Part shown: positions 14,629-27,408 of the stretch, one piece after another
Layout of the letters: every line of letters begins with the position of its first letter
Numbering within the stretch: the first letter of the stretch is position 1
Assembly (NCBI GenBank): GCA_015134395.1
Contig: CP043983.1
Location: forward strand, 63,426 to 127,425
DNA length: 64,000 bases
Source: Candidatus Stammera capleta
GTDB taxonomy: Bacteria; Pseudomonadota; Gammaproteobacteria; Enterobacterales; Enterobacteriaceae
Direction of reading: 5' to 3'
Translations under genes and position numbers: made by a program
The notes under the pieces: generated by a model
The model's input: only the letters and a program-made list of their open reading frames with translations
Database searches by the model: none
What the model was told of the DNA's origin: nothing

Positions 14629-15636
14629 TTAATTATTTTTTTTTTTTAAAATAATATTTTTAGGAGGTCAATTATTTAATTTCATTCCTAATTTTAATCC
14701 CTTACTATATAATATATTTTTAATTTCTTCTAAAGATTTTTTACCTAAATTAGGAGTTTTTAATAATTCAGATTCAGTTTTTTGAACTAAATCTCCTATA
14801 TAATTTATAGATTCAGTTTTTAAACAATTAGCTGATCTTACTGTTAATTCTAAATCATCAACAAAGGATAATAAAATAGGATCAATTTTTATTTCTTTAT
14901 CTTTTACCTTGTTAATAGAATATTTATTTAAATCTACAAAAATATTTAATTGATTTATTAATATATAAGTAGCTTTATGAATAGCATATTCAGGTTTTAT
15001 AGTACCATTAGTTTCTACTTCTATAACTAATTTATCTAAATCATTTCTATTTTCAATTATAGAAGATTTAACTCTATAAGAAACACGATTAATAGGTGAA
15101 TATATAGAATCAACTAATAATTTACCTATTAATATATCATTATTTTTCACTAAAATATTTTTTCTAGATAAAGCAGAAACATAACCTTTTCCAAATTCTA
15201 CTTTAACACACATTTTTATAGAAGATTCAGATGAAGTTAAATTACAAATAACATAATTAAGATCAGATATATAAAATTCATTTGAAGAAGTAAAGTCAGA
15301 AGCTAAAACAGGACCAATACCTTTTTTATCTATAAATAATAAAGATTCATTTAATTCTTTATCTAATTTTATAGGTAAATATTTTAAATTCAAAATAATT
15401 TCTATAATATCTTCCATTAATCCTTCTTTAACACTATATTCATGTAATACTCCATCAATTTTTACTTCAGTAACAGCATATCCAGGTATAGAAGATAATA
15501 AAATACGTCTTAATACATTACCTAATGTATATCCAAAACCTTTTTCTAAAGGTTCAATTGTTATTTTAGAACATACTTTAGATATTTTTTTTATATTTAC
15601 TATTTTTGGTTTTAAACATTTTATTTTTGAAAACAT
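14629..15636 (-). CDS. rpoA: DNA-directed RNA polymerase alpha subunit
   Basis: Full-length RpoA homolog. The track ORF stops at TGA 14668-14670, but the sequence ..LGMKLNN-W-PPKNII matches the E. coli C-terminus ..LGMRLENWPPASI. True stop is TAA 14629-14631. Confidence 0.95.
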
Positions 15637-15655
15637 AATTATTAAATCCTATTAT

Positions 15656-16276
15656 TTATTTAGAATAATATTCTAAAACAAGATGTTCACGAATATCAGA
15701 AAAAAAATTTTTTCTATTAGGAAAATATTTTAAAAAACCTTTCATATTTTTAATATCTACTTCTAACCATATAGGTAATTCACGTTGTTTAAATAATTCT
15801 AATGAATATTTAATACGATCTTGATTTTTAGCTTTTTTTACTATTTCAATCACATCATTAATTTTAACTAAAAAAGAAGGTATATTTACAATTTTATTAT
15901 TAACCATAATAAGTTTATGATTTACTAATTGACGTGATTCATAACGAGTACACCCAAATCCCATTCTATAAACAATATTATCTAATCTTCTTTCTAAAAA
16001 AATTAATAAAATTTCTCCAGTATTACCTTTTAAACGAATAGATTTTTTATAATAATTTAAAAATTGTTTTTCTAAAATACCATATATACGACGAATTTTT
16101 TGTTTTTCTCTTAATTGTAAACCATAATCAGAAATTCTACTTTTTCTATAAATATGTTGACCAGGTAAACGATCTATTTTACATTTAGATTCTATACTAC
16201 GTATACCAGATTTTAAAAATAAATCAGTACCTTCACGACGACTTAATTTTAATTTTGCACCTAAATATTTTGCCAT
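15656..16276 (-). CDS. rpsD: 30S ribosomal protein S4
   Basis: [24 protein letters not shown].. is typical of S4. 206 aa, in the alpha operon. Confidence 0.95.
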   Translation of the reverse strand: MAKYLGAKLKLSRREGTDLFLKSGIRSIESKCKIDRLPGQHIYRKSRISDYGLQLREKQKIRRIYGILEKQFLNYYKKSIRLKGNTGEILLIFLERRLDNIVYRMGFGCTRYESRQLVNHKLIMVNNKIVNIPSFLVKINDVIEIVKKAKNQDRIKYSLELFKQRELPIWLEVDIKNMKGFLKYFPNRKNFFSDIREHLVLEYYSK

Positions 16277-16299
16277 TTTAATAATCCAAATAAATTTAA

Positions 16300-16689
16300 T
16301 TAAACACGTCTTTTTTTAGGAGGACGACAACCATTATGAGGAATAGGAGTAATATCATTAATATTAGTTATATTAAATCCAGCATTATGTAATGCCCTAA
16401 TACTAGATTCACGTCCAGGTCCAGGTCCATTAATCATAACTTTTAAATTTTTCATACCATATATTTTTATAATATTAGAACATTTTTCAGTAGCTATCTG
16501 AGCAGCAAATGGAGTAGATTTTCTAGAACCTCTAAATCCAGATCCTCCAGCAGTTGCTCAACCTAAAACATTACCATTTAAATCTGTAATACTTATAATA
16601 GTATTATTAAAAGAAGCATATATATATGCTATACCATTAATAATTTTTTTTCTTATTTTTTTTTTATTTTTTTTTAAAAAATTAGACAT
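16300..16689 (-). CDS. rpsK: 30S ribosomal protein S11
   Basis: Hand translation gives ..[53 protein letters not shown]. Contains one TGA=Trp. Confidence 0.93.
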
Positions 16690-16698
16690 AAATTTCCA

Positions 16699-17058
16699 TT
16701 AATTATTTTTTTTAAATTTATTTATTTTTTTACATGTTTTAGCATTTGTTTTTGTACGTTGACCTCTAACTGGTAAATTTTTACGATGACGAATACCACG
16801 ATAAGTATTTAAATCCATTAATCTTTTAATATTTAACATATTTTCTCTTCTTAAATCTCCTTCTAAAATATAATTAGATATATTTTTTCTAATTAATTCT
16901 ATTTGTTTATTATCTAAATCTTTTACTTTTGTAAAATAATTAATTTTATTTAAATCACATATTAATTTAGCACGAGATTTACCAATACCATAAATAGAAG
17001 TTAAAGCAAATAAAATAAATTTATTATTAATAATATTTACTCCTAATATTCTAATCAC
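16699..17058 (-). CDS. rpsM: 30S ribosomal protein S13
   Basis: MIRILGVNI..ALTSIYGIGKSRA matches S13. GTG start is preceded by AAGAGGA. Confidence 0.93.
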   Translation of the reverse strand: MIRILGVNIINNKFILFALTSIYGIGKSRAKLICDLNKINYFTKVKDLDNKQIELIRKNISNYILEGDLRRENMLNIKRLMDLNTYRGIRHRKNLPVRGQRTKTNAKTCKKINKFKKNN

Positions 17059-17082
17059 TATATCCTCTTTATAATATAATTA

Positions 17083-17199
17083 TTAACCTTGACGTTGTTT
17101 ATGTTTAGGATTATTTTTACAAATAACTCTTAATATACCATAACGTTTTACTATTTTACAAAAAAAACAAAATTTTTTTATGGAAGCTCTTACTTTCAT
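17083..17199 (-). CDS. rpmJ: 50S ribosomal protein L36
   Basis: 38-aa [41 protein letters not shown] lying between secY and rpsM. Confidence 0.9.
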   Translation of the reverse strand: MKVRASIKKFCFFCKIVKRYGILRVICKNNPKHKQRQG

Positions 17200-17216
17200 A
17201 TATATATATATATAAT

Positions 17217-18524
17217 TTAATTATTTTTTTTTAATATAGAAAAATATTTATTAGACATCATTAATACTTGTATTTGAGAAATTAAATCCATAATAACTAT
17301 TATTACAATTAATAAAGAAGTACCTCCAAAATAAAATTGTATATTAAATATATAACGCATAAAATCAGGTATTAAACATATAATTGACATATATAAAGAA
17401 CTAAATAAAGTTAATCTTAATATAATCTTTTTTAAAAAAAAAGATGTATTTAATCCAGGTCTTATACCAGGAATATAAGCACCAGATTTTTTTAAATTAT
17501 CTGAAATATCATTAGGATTATACATTAATAATGTATAAAAAAAAGAAAAAAATATTATTAAAAATAAATATAACATTAAATAAAAAAAATTTTTATAATA
17601 AATTATTTTAATAATATTATTTAAAAAAAATAAATTAAAATAATTATTTAATCAAATAATAAAAATAGATGGAATTAATATAATACTTGAAGAAAAAATT
17701 GCAGGAATTACTCCAGACATATTTACTTTAAAAGGTAAAAAAGTATTATATGAATAAAAAGAATATTTTCCTATATATCTTCTAGAAGCATAATAAACAA
17801 GTATTTTTCTTTGAGACATTTCAATAAAAACTATAAAAAATATAATAAAAAAAATAAAAATTAAAATAATAAATAATTTAATATACGAAATATTATTTAT
17901 ATTATTAAATATAATTAATAAAGAATTAAATAAATTAGAAATTATACCTATAAAAATAATTAAAGATATACCATTACCTAAACCTTTTTCAGAAATTTGT
18001 TCTCCTAATCACATTAAAAACATAGTACCAGTAATTAAACTAAATATAGAAATTATATAAAAATTAAATTTATTAAATAATAATATATATTTAAAATCAT
18101 AAAATTTAACAAGAGTCATAGATATAAATATAGATTGTATAATAGATAAAAATAATGTTAAATATTTTGTATACTGATTAATTTTATATTTACCTATTAT
18201 TCCTTCTTTTTTTAAATTAATAAAATAAGAAAAAGTAACTGTTAATAATTGTATAATAATGGAAGAAGATATATACGGTATAATACCTAAAGCTAAAATA
18301 GAAGCATGTATTAAAGAACCTCCTGAAAATAAATTAAACATATTCATAAAATTATTATTATTATAATTTAAAAAGTTATTTAAATTATTAAAATTTATTC
18401 CAGGAATAGGTATAAAAGTTCCAATACGGAAAATTATAATTATAAAAAATAAAAAAATAAATCTATCCTTTAATTCTTGTAAACTACTAATAATATTATT
18501 TAATGAAATATTATTTATATTCAT
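17217..18524 (-). CDS. secY: preprotein translocase subunit SecY
   Basis: Two track fragments share one frame joined through TGA codons. 435 aa polytopic protein at the spc operon position. Confidence 0.92.
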
Positions 18525-18551
18525 ATAATTACCTTAAATTAAATATATTTA

Positions 18552-18983
18552 TTATTTTAATAATTTTATAATTTTAAATACACCAGAAGACATTTTAATA
18601 TTTTTATCAATAATATTAATTTTTTTTTTAATAAAATTACCATCTAATATTAATTTTACAATTTTAGTTTTTACATTAATTAAACGTTTTTTTTTTAATA
18701 AAAACATATTTATGTTAGATCCTTCACTAAATATATTTAAAGAACTTAAACATAATTCTTTAACATAAATATTTTTATTACTCTTAAAACCAAATTTAGG
18801 TATTCTACGATAAAATGGTGTTTGTCCACCTTCAAAATATTTATTAATTTTATAACCAGATCTAGATTTTTGTCCTTTATGACCTCTACCACTAGTTTTT
18901 CCTAATCCTGATCCTATACCTCTTCCTAAACGTTTATTTTTTTTAGATTTAATAATAGGATATAACTTATTTAAAGATAGCAT
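18552..18983 (-). CDS. rplO: 50S ribosomal protein L15
   Basis: ..[26 protein letters not shown].. is the L15 signature. 143 aa. Confidence 0.95.
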   Translation of the reverse strand: MLSLNKLYPIIKSKKNKRLGRGIGSGLGKTSGRGHKGQKSRSGYKINKYFEGGQTPFYRRIPKFGFKSNKNIYVKELCLSSLNIFSEGSNINMFLLKKKRLINVKTKIVKLILDGNFIKKKINIIDKNIKMSSGVFKIIKLLK

Positions 18984-19016
18984 AATTTAAATACCTTATA
19001 ATATTTATATTTAAAC

Positions 19017-19514
19017 TTATAAAATTTCTTTTAAAAATTTACCTCTTTTATTAGCAATATATATAGGAGATTGCATTTTAGATAAAATTTTTATAGTTGC
19101 TTTTACAACATTTATAGGATTAGTAGATCCATAAATTTTTGATAAAATATTTTTTATTCCAGAAACTTCAAAAATAGCTCTCATAGATTTTCCAGCTATT
19201 ATACCAGTACCTTCACAAGCTGGTTTAATAAATATAATAGTATTAGCATATTTCCCTTTAATAGGATATCTTAAAGTACCTTTTTTATTTAATAAAATAT
19301 TTATCATATTTTTACGAGATTTATTTAAAGATTTTTGTATTGCTATAGGAACTTCACGAGCTTTACCATAACCATATCCAACTTTACCTTTACCATCACC
19401 AACAACAGTAAGAGCAGAAAAAGAAAATATTCTTCCACCTTTTACAGTTTTAGATATTCTATTTACAAATATTAATTTTTCTATATAATCATTATTATTA
19501 TTTAATTTTTTCAT
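19017..19514 (-). CDS. rpsE: 30S ribosomal protein S5
   Basis: ..[40 protein letters not shown].. is the S5 signature. Confidence 0.95.
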   Translation of the reverse strand: MKKLNNNNDYIEKLIFVNRISKTVKGGRIFSFSALTVVGDGKGKVGYGYGKAREVPIAIQKSLNKSRKNMINILLNKKGTLRYPIKGKYANTIIFIKPACEGTGIIAGKSMRAIFEVSGIKNILSKIYGSTNPINVVKATIKILSKMQSPIYIANKRGKFLKEIL

Positions 19515-19531
19515 ATAAAATTTTTATATAA

Positions 19532-19891
19532 TTAAAATATCAATCCATATTTTCTAGCATTATTAGCTAATTTTTTAATACGTCCATGATATTTAAAACC
19601 AGAACGATCAAAAACTACATTATAAATACCTTTATTTATAGATCTTTTTGCTATTACTTTACCAATAATAGAAGCAGAAATTATATTACCAGTATTATTA
19701 TTATTAATAATTTTTTTTTCTAAAGTAGATGCAAATACTAAAACATTAGAATTTTTTCCTTCTTGTTTAATTATTTGAGCATAAATATGACAAGAAGTTT
19801 TATAAATTACTAAACGTATTTTATTAAATTTTTTTCAAATAAAACGTATTTTCCTACACCTACGCAAACGATTTTTTTTTTTATTTAACAT
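19532..19891 (-). CDS. rplR: 50S ribosomal protein L18
   Basis: Hand translation gives ..[16 protein letters not shown]...[26 protein letters not shown], with one TGA=Trp. Lies between rpsE and rplF. Confidence 0.88.
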
Positions 19892-19894
19892 AAT

Positions 19895-20437
19895 TTATTT
19901 AATTTTCTTTTTATGTTCTTTAATTTTTATAATTTCATTAAAATATCTTATACCTTTTCCTTGTTTATAACATTCTGGAGGACGATTATATCTTATTTCA
20001 GAAGCAACTTTACCTACTAATTGCTTATCATAACCTTCTATTAAAATTTCATTATTATTAAAACATTTTATTTTAATTCCTGAAGGGATAATATAATTAA
20101 TTATATAAGAAAAACCCAAATTTAAAAATAAAATATTATTTTTAATATAACATTTATATCCAATACCAACTAATAATAATTTTTTAGTAAAACCATATAT
20201 AAATCCAATTATAGTATTATTTATAATAGAACGAATAGTACCTGCATACATTCATGCATTATTATATTTTTTATTAATATTAAAATAAATTTTATTATTT
20301 TTATATAAAATAATAACTGCATCATGTATACGATATATAACTTTAATATTATTATTAATTAAATAAATATTTTTTCTTTTTATAATTATTTTAATATTTT
20401 TAGGAACTATAATAGGTTTTTTTGCAATACGAGACAT
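19895..20437 (-). CDS. rplF: 50S ribosomal protein L6
   Basis: Track ORFs 19895-20251 and 20252-20437 are contiguous, joined by TGA at 20252-20254. MSRIAKKPI.. N-terminus. TAGGAG Shine-Dalgarno upstream. Confidence 0.93.
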
Positions 20438-20449
20438 ATAATTAAACTC

Positions 20450-20848
20450 CTAAAAAATATAACAAATTATTTCTCCACCAATATTTAATAAACGAGCTTG
20501 TTTATCAGATAAAATCCCTTTAGAAGTAGAAATAATAACTAAACCAAAACCTGACATTATTATAGGTAATTTCTTACAAGATTTATATACACGTAAACCA
20601 GGACTACTAATTCTTTTAATTTTAGTTATGACAGGTTTATTATTATAATATTTTAAATAAATTAAAATTTTTTTTTTATAATTATTATAATTTATAATTT
20701 TAAAATTTTTTATAAATCCTTCACTATAAAATATATTTAATATAGATAATTTAAACTTAGAATAACATATTTTTACTATATTTTTTTTAACTAATTGTGA
20801 ATTTCTAATACATGTAAACATATCTCCTATAGGATCTTGCATACTCAT
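20450..20848 (-). CDS. rpsH: 30S ribosomal protein S8
   Basis: MSMQDPIGDMFTCIRN matches E. coli MSMQDPIADMLTRIRN. ATG at 20846-20848 is preferred over the TTG start of the track. Stop is TAG (20450-20452), the only TAG stop I saw. Confidence 0.93.
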   Translation of the reverse strand: MSMQDPIGDMFTCIRNSQLVKKNIVKICYSKFKLSILNIFYSEGFIKNFKIINYNNYKKKILIYLKYYNNKPVITKIKRISSPGLRVYKSCKKLPIIMSGFGLVIISTSKGILSDKQARLLNIGGEIICYIF

Positions 20849-20874
20849 AATTATCACCAAAAATAAATTTTAAA

Positions 20875-21180
20875 TTATCAACTTGATTTTTTTAAACCAG
20901 GAATATAACCCTTAACAGCAAATTCACGAAATTTAATTCTACTTAATCCAAATTTACGTAAATAACCATGAGATCTACCTGTTTGAATACATCTATTACG
21001 ATGTCTAACAATACTAGAATTTCTAGATAAAGACTGTAATTTTATTATAGCTTTTCATCTATCTTTACTATTAATATTAATATTAGAAATAATTTTTTTT
21101 AATTTAATTCTTTTATTATAAAATTTTTTTATTAATATTTTTCTTTTATTTTCACGTTCTATAATAGATTTTTTTGTCAT
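20875..21180 (-). CDS. rpsN: 30S ribosomal protein S14
   Basis: 101 aa. Ends ..[12 protein letters not shown] with the terminal Trp encoded by TGA (20878-20880) followed directly by TAA, as in E. coli ..GLKKASW. Confidence 0.92.
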
Positions 21181-21184
21181 AATA

Positions 21185-21724
21185 TTAATTTATTAATGGA
21201 AATTTAAATTGTTTAAATAATTCAATTGATTCATTTATATTATTTTTTATTATTATAAAAGATATATTAAGTCCATGTAAATAAGTTAATTTTTCATAAT
21301 CAATTTCTGGAAAAATAGTATTTTCTTTAATTCCTATATTTAAATTTCCATATTTATCAAAACATTTTTTTGAAAAACCTCTAAAATCTCTAATTCTAGG
21401 AATAACTATAAAAATTAATTTATCTAAAAAATTCCACATATTTTTTTTTCTTAAAGTAACTTTACAACCAATAGGAAAATTTTTACGAATTTTAAAATTA
21501 GATATAGATTTTTTTGATCTAGTTACTATAGGTTTTTGTCCAGTAATTAATTTTATATTTAATAATACATTATTTATTTTATTTTTTTCTAAAAATTTAT
21601 AATTTAAACCAACATTAATTACTATTTTAACTAATCTTGGAACTTGCATTATAGATGTATAATTAAATTTTTTAATTAATTTTTTACATATATTTTTTTT
21701 ATATAATTTTAATAATTTACTCAT
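21185..21724 (-). CDS. rplE: 50S ribosomal protein L5
   Basis: 179 aa at the spc operon position. ..MQVPRLVKIVINVG..,..RDFRG.. motifs. Confidence 0.93.
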   Translation of the reverse strand: MSKLLKLYKKNICKKLIKKFNYTSIMQVPRLVKIVINVGLNYKFLEKNKINNVLLNIKLITGQKPIVTRSKKSISNFKIRKNFPIGCKVTLRKKNMWNFLDKLIFIVIPRIRDFRGFSKKCFDKYGNLNIGIKENTIFPEIDYEKLTYLHGLNISFIIIKNNINESIELFKQFKFPLIN

Positions 21725-21728
21725 AATA

Positions 21729-22058
21729 TTATTTATAATTTAATATAGAATTATTATATTTTAAATAACGAACTTTTTTATTATTTACATATTTAAAACC
21801 AACTCTAGATAACTTTTTTTTATTTAAAATAAAACAAAAATGACTAATATTAGATATATCTATTCATTTTTCTTTTTTTAAAATACCTCCAATAATATTA
21901 TTACTAGGAATAGATTTTTGATGTTTAAAAACTAAATTAATTCCTTTAATAATAACTTTATTACGATTTTTTGATATATTTTTAATTATACCTTCTTTTC
22001 CTTTATCTTTACCACTAATAATAATAACTTTATCATTTACATTAAATTTATAAGTCAT
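21729..22058 (-). CDS. rplX: 50S ribosomal protein L24
   Basis: ..NDKVIIISGKDKGKEGIIK.. KOW motif. Track ORF continues through TGA 21864-21866 to TAA 21729-21731. Confidence 0.9.
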
Positions 22059-22075
22059 AAAATTCCAAATAAATA

Positions 22076-22444
22076 TTAAATTACTTCAGAAGCAAGAGAG
22101 ATAATTTTCATAAATTTATCACATCTTAATTCTCTAGAAATAGGACCAAAAATTCTAGTACCTAAAGGTTGTTCATTATCATTTAATATAACACAAGAAT
22201 TATTATCAAATCTTATAACAGAACTATCTAACCTTTTAATACCATATTTAGTACGTACAATTACTGCTTTTAACACATCACCTTTTTTTATTTTACTTTT
22301 AATTAATATTTCTTTAACAACAACTTTAATAATATCACTAATATTTGCATATCTACGCTTACTACCACCTAAAATCCTTATACACATAACAATTTTTGCT
22401 CCAGAATTATCAGCAACTGATAATAAAGATCTTTCTTGAATCAT
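22076..22444 (-). CDS. rplN: 50S ribosomal protein L14
   Basis: [26 protein letters not shown].. is highly conserved L14. Confidence 0.96.
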   Translation of the reverse strand: MIQERSLLSVADNSGAKIVMCIRILGGSKRRYANISDIIKVVVKEILIKSKIKKGDVLKAVIVRTKYGIKRLDSSVIRFDNNSCVILNDNEQPLGTRIFGPISRELRCDKFMKIISLASEVI

Positions 22445-22459
22445 ATATTATTCCTATAT

Positions 22460-22714
22460 TTATTTATAAATTAATTTATTAAAAATTCAAGATTTTTTTT
22501 TTGAAATAGGTCTACATTCTTTTATTTCTATAAAATTACCAATTCTACATTTATTAAATTCATCATGAACATATATTTTAGAATTTTTTTTTATAAATTT
22601 ATTATAAATTTTATGTTTTATAAATCTAAAAATATTTACAATTATAGTTTTATTCATACTATTACTAATAACATAACCTTTAATTTTTTTTATTTTTTTT
22701 ATTTTTTTTTTCAT
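22460..22714 (-). CDS. rpsQ: 30S ribosomal protein S17
   Basis: ..[28 protein letters not shown] matches E. coli ..ECRPLSKTKSW with Trp=TGA (22487-22489). TAA at 22460-22462. Confidence 0.92.
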
Positions 22715-22901
22715 ATTTTTTTAATCAAATAAATGTTTTAACTTTAGCTATATTTTTTTTAATTTTATTTATTAAATGAGTTTTTTTAAAATCATTAGAT
22801 AATAATTGCATACGAATATTAAAACTTTCTCTTAATAATATAAATAAAATATTTTTTAATTCTTTAATATTTTTATTTTTTAAAAATTTACAGTTAATCA
22901 T
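22680..22901 (-). CDS. rpmC: 50S ribosomal protein L29 (3' end depends on reading TGA 22725-22727 as Trp)
   Basis: [32 protein letters not shown]... parallels E. coli L29 (..ELNTELLNLLREQFNLRMQ). The first TAA in frame is 22680-22682, 35 nt inside rpsQ. Confidence 0.8.
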
Positions 22902-23311
22902 AATATTTTTTTTTTTATAACAAATATAGTTTTTATAGATAATTTATCACTAGCTAATTTAAAAGCTTTTTTTGCTAAAGATTCACTAACACCATCTAAT
23001 TCATATAAAATTTTTCCTGGTTTTATAACAGCAACTCAATATTCTACATTACCTTTACCTTTACCCATACGAATTTCTAAAGGTTTTTTAGTAATTGGTT
23101 TATCAGGAAAAATTCTAATTCACATAGAACCTTGTTTTTTTATAGTACGAGTAATTACTCTACGAGCAGATTCTATTTGTTTTGAAGATATACTACCTCT
23201 AGTAATAGCTTTTAAAGCAAACTTTCCAAAAATAATTTTAATATCATTTGATAAACCTTTATTTCTACCTTTTTGCATTTTTCTATATTTAGTTTTTTTT
23301 GGTTGAAGCAT
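22880..23311 (-). CDS. rplP: 50S ribosomal protein L16
   Basis: [19 protein letters not shown].. N-terminus, with internal TGA codons. Reads through an ATGA junction with rpmC to TAA 22880-22882. Confidence 0.92.
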
Positions 23312-24035
23312 TATTTTTTCCTATAAAAGATTTTTTATGAATTCTTTTAAAATATTTTTTTATATTAAAAAAATTAGTACCATATTGTTTAATAGGATAA
23401 AATTTATCTAATATTTCACCTTTAAATACTCAAACTTTAACACCAATAACACCATAATTAGTTAAAGCTTTTTTAAAACTATAATCTATATCAGCTCTTA
23501 AAGTATGTAAAGGAACTCTTCCTTCCCTATATCATTCTCTTCTAGCTATTTCAGTTCCTCCTAATCTACCACTTACTTCTATTTTAATTCCTTTTATTCC
23601 TAATCTTAAAGCATTATTTATAACTCTTTTCATAACCCTTCTAAACATCATTCTTCTTTCTAATTGAGAAACAATATTATCAGCTATTAATTTAGAATCT
23701 AATTCAGGTCTACGAATTTCAGAAATATTAATTTGACAAGGTATACATGTAATTTTATTAATTTCATTTTTTAATTTTTCTATATCTTCTCCTTTTTTAC
23801 CAATTATTATTCCAGGACGAGCGGTATAAATAGTAATTTTAATACTTTTTTTTGCAAATCTTTCAATTAATATCTTAGATACTAAAGCTTTATATAATTT
23901 TTTATTTAAAAATTTCCTTATTTTATAATCATTATATAAATTAATAGCAAAATCTTTTTTATTAGAAAATCAAAAAGAATTTCACATTTTTGTTATACCT
24001 AAACGAATAATATTAGGATTAACTTTTTGACCCAT
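23289..24035 (-). CDS. rpsC: 30S ribosomal protein S3
   Basis: [14 protein letters not shown].. and ..[30 protein letters not shown].. match S3. The 3' end overlaps the rplP start by 23 nt. Confidence 0.92.
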
Positions 24036-24051
24036 ATAATATTTACCTTTA

Positions 24052-24384
24052 TTATTTATCAGAAACTATTATTGTAATATGACTACTTCTTTTTAATATA
24101 TAATTAACTCTACCTTTAGCTCTTGGATTTATACGTTTTAAAAAAGAAGCATTATCTATATATATTTTAGATATTTTTAAAATATCTTTATTAATACCAA
24201 AATTATGTAAAGCATTTGAAATAGCAGATTTCAAAACTTTTTTAATTAAAAATGCAGATTTTTTATTAATAAAAGACAAAATATTATATGCTATAATAAC
24301 ATTTTTACCTCTAATTAAATTAGCAATTAATCTAAGTTTTTGAGTAGATGATCTAATATATTTTCCTCTAGAAAGAATATTCAT
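24052..24384 (-). CDS. rplV: 50S ribosomal protein L22
   Basis: 110 aa. ..RSSTQKLRLIANLIRGK.. is the L22 signature. S10 operon order. Confidence 0.93.
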   Translation of the reverse strand: MNILSRGKYIRSSTQKLRLIANLIRGKNVIIAYNILSFINKKSAFLIKKVLKSAISNALHNFGINKDILKISKIYIDNASFLKRINPRAKGRVNYILKRSSHITIIVSDK

Positions 24385-24399
24385 ATAAACCTTTATAAA

Positions 24400-24681
24400 T
24401 TAATCTTTTATATTTTTTTTTTCATTAGATAAATGCCCTCTAAAAGTTCTAGTCGGAGAAAATTCACCTAATTTATGTCCAACCATATCTTCTGTAATAT
24501 ATACAGGAATATGAATTTTACCATTATATACAGATATAGTTAAACCAATCATATTAGGTAAAATAGTAGAACGACGAGATCAAGTTTTTATAGGAGATTT
24601 ATCATTACTATTAATAGCTTTTTCAACTTTTTTAAATAAATGAAAATCAATAAATGGACCTTTTTTAAAAGAACGAGACAT
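24400..24681 (-). CDS. rpsS: 30S ribosomal protein S19
   Basis: [12 protein letters not shown]...[50 protein letters not shown]. Trp is TGA. Confidence 0.94.
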
Positions 24682-24699
24682 AATTTTAAACCTTTAATA

Positions 24700-25524
<825 letters not shown>

Positions 25525-25527
25525 AAT

Positions 25528-25833
25528 TTATTTTAATAAGTTATTCAATTTTAAATTTTGTCCTTTTTTTAATATTATATAAACTTTTTTTCAAGTTTTT
25601 CTATAACCTATATTATTTTTATTAATTTTTTTTTTTCCTTTAATTAATAAAGTTCTAATTTTTTTAATTTTTATATTTAAAAATTTATTTATAATATTAT
25701 AAATTTCTAATTTATTTATATTTCTACTAACTTTAAAAACTAAAGTATTATATTTTTTATATAAAATAGAAGATTTTTCAGAAAAATAAAGTCTTTTAAT
25801 AAAATTAACACAATTATAAATTCCATTATTCAT
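25528..25833 (-). CDS. rplW: 50S ribosomal protein L23
   Basis: ..GYRKT-W-KKVYIILKKGQNL parallels E. coli ..GRRSDWKKAYVTLKEGQNL. TAA at 25528-25530. Confidence 0.9.
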
Positions 25834-25834
25834 A

Positions 25835-26443
25835 TTATTTTAACCTATTTTCAATAATTTTAATAACATTTAAAGTACAAATTATATTTTTAAATTTTAT
25901 TAAATTAATAATATTTATATTATTAACATTACATATGTTAACATTATATAAATTACGAGAAGCTAAAAATAAATTTTTATTAAATTTTTCTGTAATAATT
26001 AACATTTTTTTAAATAAATAAATATCTTTAAATTTATTTATAAATAATTTTGTCTTTGGTAAAGATAAATTAATATCATTAAAAACATGTAATCTAAATT
26101 CTTTAATAAGTTCTGATAAAATCATTTTTAAAGAATTAATATACATTTTTTTATTAATTTTAGAATAATATTTTTTAGGTTTAGAAGCAAAAGTCACACC
26201 ACCTGAACGTCATATAGGACTTTTAAAAGATCCAGCTCTAGCTCTACCTGTCCCTTTTTGTCTTCAAGGCTTTCTATTAGATCCTTTAACATCACTTCTA
26301 GATTTTTGAGAAACATTACCTTTTCTTTTATTATATTGACAAGATTTAATTACTTGATGTACTAAAGACATATTTAAAGAAATATTAAAAACATTATCAG
26401 ATAATATTATTTTATTATTAGTATCTTTTAAAAATATATACAT
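25835..26443 (-). CDS. rplD: 50S ribosomal protein L4
   Basis: ..[33 protein letters not shown].. matches E. coli L4, with both Trp encoded by TGA. Confidence 0.94.
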
Positions 26444-26459
26444 AAAAATCTCTAATAAA

Positions 26460-27068
26460 TTATTTAATTGAAGATTTAATTATTAAATTACTATTATTAA
26501 AACCTGATACAGATCCTTTAATTAATAAAATATTTTTTTTTTCATATATTTCTATAATTTTTAAACATTTAATAGTAACTTTATTATTACCTAAATGACC
26601 TGACATTTTTTTTCCTTTTAAAACTCTTCCAGGACTTTGATTTTGACCTATAGAACCAGGAGCTCTATGAGAAAGAGAATTACCATGAGTTTTATTTTGA
26701 GAACTAAAATTTCATCTTTTTATAGTACCAGAAAATCCTTTTCCTTTAGAAATACCTGTTATATCAACTTTATTAATATTTTTTAATAATTTAACATTAA
26801 GTTCTTGACCAATATTATAATGTATTTCTTTTATATAAGGTATTTCTAATAATCCAATTCCTGGTTTTATATTTATTTTTTTATAAAAACCTAATTTACA
26901 CTTATTATTTTTTTTTTTTAATCCAAAAGAAATTTGTACTTTATTTATATCTTTTTTTATACAAGTAATAATATTTCTATTAATAAAAATTATACTAACA
27001 GGAATAGAAATACCATTTTTAGTAAATATTCTTGTCATACCTATCTTTTTACCAATTAATACAATCAT
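26460..27068 (-). CDS. rplC: 50S ribosomal protein L3
   Basis: [16 protein letters not shown]..,..[35 protein letters not shown]. Confidence 0.94.
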
Positions 27069-27073
27069 ATTTA

Positions 27074-27385
27074 TTAACCTAAACTAATTTTAACATCAAC
27101 TCCAGAAGCTAAATTTAATTTCATTAGTGCATCAACAGTTTTATCAGTAGGTTCTACAATATCAATTAAACGTTTATGAGTTCTAATTTCATATTGATCT
27201 CTAGCATCTTTATCAACATGAGGCGAAACTAATATAGTAAAACGTTCAATAGATGTTGGTAAAGGAATAGGACCTCTAACTTGAGCACCAGTTTTTTTAG
27301 CAGTTTCTATAATTTCTATAGTAGAAATATCTATTAATCTATGATCAAAAGATCTTAATTTAATACGTATTCTTTGATTTATCAT
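27074..27385 (-). CDS. rpsJ: 30S ribosomal protein S10
   Basis: [31 protein letters not shown].. is highly conserved S10. Confidence 0.97.
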   Translation of the reverse strand: MINQRIRIKLRSFDHRLIDISTIEIIETAKKTGAQVRGPIPLPTSIERFTILVSPHVDKDARDQYEIRTHKRLIDIVEPTDKTVDALMKLNLASGVDVKISLG

Positions 27386-27408
27386 AATATAAAAATAATT
27401 AAATAAAA

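Noticed and set aside
22725-22727. The TGA near the natural end of L29 acting as a genuine stop.
   Set aside because: I cannot exclude it from sequence alone. It is inconsistent, however, with the dozens of TGA=Trp positions in the same operon, so I annotated read-through to the next TAA and flagged it as a finding.
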